NCBI GenBank assembly: GCA_034663965.1
Contig: JAXDIO010000291.1
Coordinates: 1 to 48,943 of the forward strand
DNA length: 48,943 nt
Direction: 5' to 3'
Source: Thermoanaerobaculia bacterium
GTDB lineage: Bacteria; Acidobacteriota; Thermoanaerobaculia; Gp7-AA8
Part shown: positions 33,280 through 40,201 of the stretch, piece by piece
Position numbering within the stretch: the stretch's first letter is position 1
How the letters are laid out: each line of letters starts with the position of its first letter
Notes under the pieces: model-generated
Database searches by the model: none
Told to the model about the DNA's origin: nothing
The model's input: only the letters and a program-made list of their open reading frames with translations
Translations under genes and position numbers: made by a program

Positions 33280-33369
33280 ATTGAGCACCAGTTGCGGAAA
33301 AACGGGTTGAAAAGACAAGGCGAACTGGCGCGCTACGCGATCGATCATCAGCTCCTGCCGGCTAGGTAA
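33280..33369 (+). pseudogene. Remnant 3' end (about 30 codons) of a NarL-type response-regulator gene
   Basis: Translates as IEHQLRKNGLKRQGELARYAIDHQLLPAR*, versus THRARLLQKMGLRNNAELVRYAIDHQLLPAR* in the intact gene. There is no upstream REC or HTH coding sequence. Confidence 0.7.
33331..33369 (+). repeat. Direct repeat copy 2 (39 nt), identical to 27674-27712
   Basis: Base-by-base comparison. Identity stops exactly after the TAA, and drops to partial similarity upstream of the 39-mer. Confidence 0.9.
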
Positions 33370-33477
33370 TTCACCTACACGGTGTCGGTGAACAAACCCA
33401 CTAAGATCGGCTCATTGCCGATTCACGCCGGCGATGCGCGCGCCCATGATGTGCCATCGGTTCCCTTTCCCCAATTC

Positions 33478-33870
33478 ATGAGCGCCAGCACTCCTTCCTT
33501 TGGACGGCAGAAGATTCTGCTCATCGACGATGATGAACTCATCGCCGATTCCCTGCGCCGGTACCTCTCGGTGCAAGGCTGCGACGTCGATGTCGCCCTC
33601 GAGGAAGGAGCGGCGAAGACGCTCATGGGGCAGCAACATTATGGAGTGGTCGTCGTCGATCCGTTTCTGACCGGCGGCGTTCATCTCGACGACTCCGCAT
33701 TGCTCGATTCCATTTCGCTTTTGCAGCCCGATGCGTCAGTGATCGTCGTGACCGGATACGGTTCGAACGATCTGACGCAAATGGCCAGCGCAGCAAAGAT
33801 CTCGTTGCTTTCCAAACCGCAGTCCGTCGTTGCACTCAGCGAATTCATATTCAAAGGATTGTCGACATGA
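33478..33870 (+). CDS. Stand-alone receiver (CheY-like REC) domain protein
   Basis: KILLIDDDELIADSL...VVVVDPFL...VIVVTGYG...LSKP. The ORF is open from GTG 33382, but ATG 33478 gives the usual spacing before the DD pair. The stop overlaps the next ATG (ATGA). Confidence 0.7.
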   Translation: MSASTPSFGRQKILLIDDDELIADSLRRYLSVQGCDVDVALEEGAAKTLMGQQHYGVVVVDPFLTGGVHLDDSALLDSISLLQPDASVIVVTGYGSNDLTQMASAAKISLLSKPQSVVALSEFIFKGLST

Positions 33871-36800
33871 AACGTTCCCTGGCCGCATTGCTGCTGATTC
33901 TTGCATTCACCACCACGTCTGGCGCCGCCACCACGAGGAAAAAGGCGCGCAAGGCTTCAAAGAAGACGACGACGATCGAGCAGACCGCGCAAGCCGGCGG
34001 AGCTGTCCGAGCGACGAATATCCGTCGCGAAAAGAAGCAAAGCGATTCCGAGGGGACAGTCGTGCCGAAGCCGGGGCCCATTCCTTTTGTGGCGCCGGTC
34101 GAACTGCAGTTGAAACGCGCCAGCAGCCGGCGATTCGATCTGCGGGGACTGCCCCAGACCAAGCCGATCCAACTCGAGCGCGCGGAGCTCGAGGATCCGA
34201 CGCCACACCCGGTCACTGTGCAAGGGACCGGCGCTGTGCCGGAGCCGAGCATTCCTTCCGTGCAGCCGACCGCCGCAGCTCCGGCGCCTGCGCCGATCAA
34301 CGTCTTCGAAGGTCTCGATCGTTTCAACTGGGGCGCCGGCAGCCCTCCCGATACGAACGGCGACGTCGGCCCGAACAACTACATCCAGACCGTCAACACC
34401 TCCATCGGGGTCTTCCGTAAGTCCGACGGCTTCCAACAGGCCGCCTTCACCTTCAACACCTTCATGAGCCAGGGCGCCTTCGGCAATCTGTGCGACACGA
34501 ACAACTTCGGCGATCCGGTCGTCCTCTACGACACGTTCGAGAACCGCTGGATCATCACCGATTTCGCCTTCCTGACTGACGCGAGCGGCAACGTGCTCGC
34601 TCCCGCCTTCCAATGTTTCGCCGCATCCATGACTGGTGATCCGGTTGCTGGTGGGTGGAACTTCTACTCCATCCAGATAACGGACGCCCTCAACGACTAT
34701 GAAAAGTTCGGCATCTGGCCGGACGGTCTCTACATGTCGGCGAACATGTTCACCTTCGGCGCCAACTCGGCGTTCAAGACCGCGCGCGCCTGGGCATTCA
34801 ACAAGGCCCAGATGTATGCCGGCAGCCCGACCGTAAAGGTTGTCACATTTGACATCCCCGGGGGCGACTTCGCGGTCATGCCCAGCAACGCCCGTCTGCA
34901 GACCGGCACGCCGCCTCCCGGGCGTCCGAATCTGTTCATGTCAACCTGGCAATTCACCAACGCTGTCACGATCTATAAGTTCCACGTCGACTGGAACAGC
35001 GTCGCGCTCTCCACCTTCACCGGTCCCGATACACCACTGGCCGCCACGAGCTGGCCGAACGCGAACGTAGCAAATGCCGCGCAGCCCGGTACGTCGCAGC
35101 TGCTGGACGTCCTCCAGATCCGGGCCATGGTGCAGAACCAGTACACGAACTTCGGCGGCACCGAGTCGCTCTGGATTCCTCATACGGTACGTCGAGGGAA
35201 CACGACCGGTCTGGCGGCACCGCGCTTCTATCAGGCGAACGTGACCGGCGGCACAGTGGCCGCGAATCTCGTGCAGGCTGCGACCTTTGATCCAGACGCC
35301 GCCAACGTCATCAACCGCTTCATGCCCAGTCTGGCCCTCGATCGCGCCGGCAACATGGCCATGGGCTACAGCACGTCCAATTCAACGGCGGGGACAGGGT
35401 TTCCGTCGATCAAGTACGCAGGCCGGCTGGCTGCCGACCCCGTCAACACGTTTAGCCAGACCGAACAGGTCATGTTTACCGGGACCGCCTCCCAGTTGAG
35501 CTCCACACGCTGGGGCGACTACAGCGGGATGGCGCTCGACCCCGACGGCTGCACGTTCTGGTACACGAGCGAGTACGCCACCGGGCTTGATACTCCGCCC
35601 GTTCCTCCCGCCACGACCTCGCCCGGATTCAATCAGCGCTGGAAGACGAAGTTCGGCTTGTTCGGACCATTCCCGGGATGTACGCCCGTCGGCGCCGGCG
35701 GCACCGTTTCGGGAACGGTGACTGTCAATCCCGGCGGTGCGCCGATCTCCGGCGCCACCGTCAACCTCGGTGCCGGGCGTTCGACCACTACCGACGGCTC
35801 CGGCAATTACTCCTTTACCGGCATTCCCGCGGGAACCTATCCGTCGATGACGGCAACCAAACCTGGGTTCGTCTCAGGCTCGGCATCGTCGATCGTCGTC
35901 ACGGACGGCGGAACGACCACGCAGAACTTCTCGCTCACCGCCGCGCCCCCCAGCGCCTGTCTGACCGATACGACGCAGGCCGATTTCCAGGCCGGCATTG
36001 CTTCCGCGACCATCGACATCAACACCTCTCCCGGCGACGTCACGTTGTCGAATGCCCCGGCCTCTGACCAGGCGAACACCGCCGGCACGACAACCGGAAC
36101 CGGCTTTGGTACTCCTAACTGGACCGGCCAGACCTTCATCGCCGGGGTCAGCGGTTTACTCGTGAAAGCCGACGGCCAGCTCTTCTGCAACGGTTGCGGC
36201 GCGACGCCCCCGGACCTCACGCTTTCACTCCGCGCGACCGCAGCTGGTTTGCCGACTGGCGCTGATCTCGCCACTGCCACGATCTCCGGTGCGCAGTTCG
36301 CCAGCGGCGCGACCGTCCTCTTCACCGGGACGTTCGGCACGCCGGTCTCGATCACGTCCGGAACGCAATACGCACTCATCCTGCGTCCCGTCTCCGCCCC
36401 CGCGGGCAGCGGCTATTTCTGGATTCGCTCGTCGCCGAGCACGTACGCCAACGGTTCGCGCGTCCTGTCGGCCGACAGCGGCGCTACCTGGTCCGCCGAT
36501 ACCACGCGCGATTTCAACTTCAGAACGTACGTGCAGACCGGTTACGCAGCGTCAGGCAATTTCGTCTCGTCTCCCAAGGATTCCAACCCCGCGGGCGGCA
36601 ACACGCCGATATGGTCGACCTTCTCATGGAATGCGACCGTACCGGCGAACACCACACTGCAGTTCCAGCTCGCCGGTTCGAACAACCCCAACGGACCGTT
36701 CAACTTCGTCGGACCGGACGGCACGGCAGGAACCTTCTTCACCACCTCGCCCGTGCAGCTCTCGCCGCAGTTCTACAACCTCCGATTCCTCGAATACAAA

Positions 36801-39362
36801 GCATTCTTCGCCACCACCAACAGCGCCGTCACGCCGACGCTGAACGACGCGACCGCCTGCTTCAACGATGTCAATTGCAGCAGCACCGTCGCTACCATCA
36901 CCCCGACGCCGGCGACGGTCTGCAGCAACTCGACCGGCAATACCGCTTCGGGTCCCGCCGGTATGACCACCTACGCCTGGGGCATCGCCAACGGCACCAT
37001 CACCTCGGCGACGAATACCCAGTCGATCACCTACACGGCGGGTGCGTCCGGCACGGTCACGCTGAGCCTCACCATCACCGCGCCGAACGGTTGCATCGTC
37101 TCCGGTTCCACGCCCGTAACGATCAGCGGCTTCCCGGCTACGCCGACCATCACGCCCACTCCGGCGTCGGTCTGCGCGAACTCCACCGGCAACACCGCCG
37201 CCGGTCCGGCTGGCGCGACGACCTACGCCTGGTCGATCGTCAACGGCACGATCACCTCGGCCACGAACATCCAGACCATCACCTACACCGCCGGCGCTTC
37301 CGGCACCGTTGATCTGACGCTCACCGTGACCAACGCCGCCGGCTGCGCGACGCCGAACACGGTCAACGTGCCCATCAACGCCAACCCGGCCACGCCAACG
37401 ATCACGCCGACTCCGGCGAGCGTCTGCGCCAACTCCACCGGCAATTCCGCCGCTGGTCCGGCCGGCGCGACCAGCTACGCGTGGTCGATCACCAACGGCA
37501 CGATCACCTCGGCCACGAACATCCAGACCATCACCTACACCGCCGGCGCTTCCGGCACGGTCGGCCTCACGCTCGTCGTGACCAACGCCAGCGGCTGCTC
37601 GGCGACGAACACGTCGAACGTGACCATCAACGCCAACCCGGCCACGCCGACAATCACGCCGACTCCGGCGGCCGTCTGCGCCAGCTCCACCGGCAACTCC
37701 GCAGCTGGTCCGGCCGGCGCGACGAGTTACGCGTGGTCGATCACCAACGGCACGATCACCTCGGCTACGAACATCCAGACCATCACCTACACCGCCGGCG
37801 CTTCCGGCACGGTCGGCCTGACGCTCGTCGTGACGAACGCCTCCGGCTGCTCGGCCACGAACACGTCGAACGTAACCATCAACGCCAACCCGGCCACGCC
37901 GACGATCACGCCCACTCCGGCGGCGGTCTGCGCCAGCTCCACCGGCAACTCCGCGGCGGGTCCGGCGGGCGCGACCAGCTATGCATGGTCGATCACCAAC
38001 GGCACCATCACCTCGGCCACGAACATCCAGACCATCACCTACACCGCCGGCGCTTCCGGCACGGTCGGACTGACGCTCGTAGTCACCAACGCCTCCGGCT
38101 GCTCGGCGACCAACACCGTCAACGTGACAATCAACGCGAAGCCGAACGCCACCATCACCGCTGCGTCGAGCACGCCTTCCGGCTCAACCGGTAACGTCGC
38201 ATCCGTCGCCAACGCCGGCGTCGGAGCGACCTACGCCTGGTCCGTCACCGGCGGCACTCTCACTGGCGGCAACAACACCCCGAGCATCACCTACACCGCG
38301 GGCGCGGCCGGAACGTTGACCATCAACGTCACCGTGACCAATGCAGCAGGTTGCAGCGACGCCAAGTCGGCGAACGTCACCGTTACTGCTCCCCCAGTGA
38401 CGGTTACCTCTGTCTCGCCGGTCGGCGGCACCATCGCCGGCGGTTCGGCAGTCACGATCAACGGCACCGGCTTCAACGCCGGCGCGACCGTTACCTTCGG
38501 CGGATCGGCAGCCACCAACGTGGTGGTCGTCAGCTCGATCAAGATCACAGCGCGGACGCCGGCTCATGCCGCAGGCGCCGTCAACGTGACCGTGACGAAC
38601 ACCGATACATCCAACGGCACGTTGACCAACGGCTATCTCTACAAACCGCAGCAGTTCGATCCGAACAACGACGGCACCATCTCTCCGATGGACATCATCT
38701 ACCTGATCAACTACCTCTACATGGGTGGCCCGCCGCCTGCGGGAGCCGCTGGTCTGTTGTCGGGTGATGCGAACGGCGATGGCGTGGTCAACCCGCTCGA
38801 TATCTTCTATCTCATCAACTATCTCTTCCTCGGCGGACCGCGCCCGAACTCGATCGTCGATCGGCCGGTGACGTCATTGGCAATCGGAACGGACGCGCCG
38901 CAACTCGACGGCTCGATCGCACTCGGCAAACCGGTTCTCCGCGAGGGACGCTACTTCGTACCGGTCATCATGACGGCCAATAAGGGATCGATCGCGCCGC
39001 AGGCGATGTCGCTGCGCGTTCACTTCGACGGCGAAGTGGGCAACGCCACGATCCGCAAAGCGGGAGCCGCGAAGGATCTTGCAGTCGCATTTGAGACCAA
39101 CCGTCTTGCAGGCAACGACCTGTCGTACCTCGTTTCGTACGGCAATCTCTCCCTCGGGACATCAGCTTCAGCCGTCGTCGCCGAGATCGAGATTGAGAGC
39201 AGCAACGCCACGCTCAGTATCGATCCGCAGCTGACGATGCTCAGCAATCAGGCCGGAACCATGACCGCGTCTGTTGCGAACGGCAAACTCCAGGTGACCG
39301 GCGTGAAGATCGGCAACGGGTCAGCGCCGCAGCCCCGCACACCGGACCACAAAGTGAATTAA
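33867..39362 (+). CDS. Giant secreted multidomain surface protein. Domains: signal peptide, Lys-rich linker, ~550-aa unassigned domain, CarboxypepD_reg-like, ~350-aa unassigned region, 6 tandem Ig-like repeats, IPT/TIG, dockerin-like, cohesin-like.
   Basis: 1831-aa ORF. GTVSGTVTV...TTDGSGNYSFTGIPAGTY (Cna-B/CarboxypepD_reg). Six 84-aa repeats with conserved Cys pairs. SVSPVGGTIAGGSAVTINGTGF (IPT). Two DxNxDGxxxxxD Ca-loops followed by YLINYL. Confidence 0.85.
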   Translation: MKRSLAALLLILAFTTTSGAATTRKKARKASKKTTTIEQTAQAGGAVRATNIRREKKQSDSEGTVVPKPGPIPFVAPVELQLKRASSRRFDLRGLPQTKPIQLERAELEDPTPHPVTVQGTGAVPEPSIPSVQPTAAAPAPAPINVFEGLDRFNWGAGSPPDTNGDVGPNNYIQTVNTSIGVFRKSDGFQQAAFTFNTFMSQGAFGNLCDTNNFGDPVVLYDTFENRWIITDFAFLTDASGNVLAPAFQCFAASMTGDPVAGGWNFYSIQITDALNDYEKFGIWPDGLYMSANMFTFGANSAFKTARAWAFNKAQMYAGSPTVKVVTFDIPGGDFAVMPSNARLQTGTPPPGRPNLFMSTWQFTNAVTIYKFHVDWNSVALSTFTGPDTPLAATSWPNANVANAAQPGTSQLLDVLQIRAMVQNQYTNFGGTESLWIPHTVRRGNTTGLAAPRFYQANVTGGTVAANLVQAATFDPDAANVINRFMPSLALDRAGNMAMGYSTSNSTAGTGFPSIKYAGRLAADPVNTFSQTEQVMFTGTASQLSSTRWGDYSGMALDPDGCTFWYTSEYATGLDTPPVPPATTSPGFNQRWKTKFGLFGPFPGCTPVGAGGTVSGTVTVNPGGAPISGATVNLGAGRSTTTDGSGNYSFTGIPAGTYPSMTATKPGFVSGSASSIVVTDGGTTTQNFSLTAAPPSACLTDTTQADFQAGIASATIDINTSPGDVTLSNAPASDQANTAGTTTGTGFGTPNWTGQTFIAGVSGLLVKADGQLFCNGCGATPPDLTLSLRATAAGLPTGADLATATISGAQFASGATVLFTGTFGTPVSITSGTQYALILRPVSAPAGSGYFWIRSSPSTYANGSRVLSADSGATWSADTTRDFNFRTYVQTGYAASGNFVSSPKDSNPAGGNTPIWSTFSWNATVPANTTLQFQLAGSNNPNGPFNFVGPDGTAGTFFTTSPVQLSPQFYNLRFLEYKAFFATTNSAVTPTLNDATACFNDVNCSSTVATITPTPATVCSNSTGNTASGPAGMTTYAWGIANGTITSATNTQSITYTAGASGTVTLSLTITAPNGCIVSGSTPVTISGFPATPTITPTPASVCANSTGNTAAGPAGATTYAWSIVNGTITSATNIQTITYTAGASGTVDLTLTVTNAAGCATPNTVNVPINANPATPTITPTPASVCANSTGNSAAGPAGATSYAWSITNGTITSATNIQTITYTAGASGTVGLTLVVTNASGCSATNTSNVTINANPATPTITPTPAAVCASSTGNSAAGPAGATSYAWSITNGTITSATNIQTITYTAGASGTVGLTLVVTNASGCSATNTSNVTINANPATPTITPTPAAVCASSTGNSAAGPAGATSYAWSITNGTITSATNIQTITYTAGASGTVGLTLVVTNASGCSATNTVNVTINAKPNATITAASSTPSGSTGNVASVANAGVGATYAWSVTGGTLTGGNNTPSITYTAGAAGTLTINVTVTNAAGCSDAKSANVTVTAPPVTVTSVSPVGGTIAGGSAVTINGTGFNAGATVTFGGSAATNVVVVSSIKITARTPAHAAGAVNVTVTNTDTSNGTLTNGYLYKPQQFDPNNDGTISPMDIIYLINYLYMGGPPPAGAAGLLSGDANGDGVVNPLDIFYLINYLFLGGPRPNSIVDRPVTSLAIGTDAPQLDGSIALGKPVLREGRYFVPVIMTANKGSIAPQAMSLRVHFDGEVGNATIRKAGAAKDLAVAFETNRLAGNDLSYLVSYGNLSLGTSASAVVAEIEIESSNATLSIDPQLTMLSNQAGTMTASVANGKLQVTGVKIGNGSAPQPRTPDHKVN
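36885..38396 (+). repeat. Six in-frame tandem 252-bp repeats (84-aa Ig-like/PKD-like units), with unit starts at 36885, 37137, 37389, 37641, 37893 and 38145
   Basis: Period counted directly. Units 3-5 are nearly identical in protein sequence but not in DNA. Confidence 0.9.
38658..38846 (+). other. Dockerin-like module (two EF-hand-type Ca-binding repeats)
   Basis: DPNNDGTISPMDIIYLINYLYMGGPPP ... GDANGDGVVNPLDIFYLINYLFLGGPRP. Confidence 0.7.
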
Positions 39363-39379
39363 GCGGTATAAGGAACGTT

Positions 39380-40066
39380 ATGAAATCGAAAGCAAATCAA
39401 TTGAAGACCGTCCGTGCCGCGCTGCTGATCGGTGTGATCGCCAGCTTCGTATCGACGACTGCCATCTGGGCGGGATCGATCTCCACCCCCGACGTGGTCA
39501 CGGTAGCCACGGTCACCGGTCCGCAGTTCAGCACGGTCGATGTGCCGGTCTTCATCCGCGATTCCTCCGGCACGCCGCTCGGCCTTGATCAACCGGCCGG
39601 ATTCCACATTCAGGCGTACTCCATCAAGGTGAACTACGCGCCCGCGTCGGCCGTGCAGTCGATTACGTTCACGCGTGGTGGCGTCACCACATCGCTGACG
39701 CCCGCGTCTGAAAGCAGCCCGAGCAGCGCTGGATCGATCTCTCTCATCGATTCATTCAGCGAGGCGACCAACCCGATCCCTCTAACGCTCAACGGCGCAT
39801 TGCCGGGTAATCAGGTGGCCACATTGCACGTGACGCTTGCCGCCACAGCGACACCTGGGACGATCATCACGCTCACGCTCGATCCGACGGCGCTCACACA
39901 GCTGTCGAACGCCTCGGGAACGGTGGGCGAGATGGTCAGCAACGGCACTCTGACGCTGGTCAACGGCTCGATCACCGTCGTACCCTCGGTTCCCGCGCTC
40001 GGACACATCGCACTTCTGGTGCTGGCCATCTCGCTGGCCTTCATCGCCATCCGCTCGCGCTTCTGA
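39380..40066 (+). CDS. Cohesin-like domain protein with a C-terminal IPTL/PEP-CTERM-style sorting or anchor segment
   Basis: Signal peptide. The cohesin-like pattern is VTVATVTGPQFSTVDVPVFIRD...IQAYSIKVNYAP...ITLTLDP...NGTLTLVNGSITV. The C-terminus reads VPALGHIALLVLAISLAFIAIRSRF. An aaggaa RBS lies 6 nt upstream of the ATG. Confidence 0.7.
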   Translation: MKSKANQLKTVRAALLIGVIASFVSTTAIWAGSISTPDVVTVATVTGPQFSTVDVPVFIRDSSGTPLGLDQPAGFHIQAYSIKVNYAPASAVQSITFTRGGVTTSLTPASESSPSSAGSISLIDSFSEATNPIPLTLNGALPGNQVATLHVTLAATATPGTIITLTLDPTALTQLSNASGTVGEMVSNGTLTLVNGSITVVPSVPALGHIALLVLAISLAFIAIRSRF

Positions 40067-40069
40067 TCT

Positions 40070-40107
40070 TCAGAGCCGGCCCGGTTCGCCGGGCCGGCTC
40101 TTTCTTT
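40070..40107 (+). terminator. Rho-independent terminator (agagccggcccgg-ttcg-ccgggccggctct followed by ttcttttg)
   Basis: 13-bp perfect GC-rich stem, tetraloop and T-rich tail, immediately after the stop at 40066. Confidence 0.8.
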
Positions 40108-40201
40108 TGATTCCGGTCCTCGGAATGCGTGTAAGCCGCTAACAGTTATTTCGCCTTTGCACGCGTCCATTGCGCATCACCAGCCCCGAGGATCCCATTT
40201 A

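Noticed and set aside
36885-38396. Regular 252-bp tandem repeats considered as a possible CRISPR or satellite array
   Set aside because: There is no repeat-spacer alternation. The period is a multiple of 3, and the array is in frame within a long ORF encoding Ig-like units. This is a coding tandem duplication.
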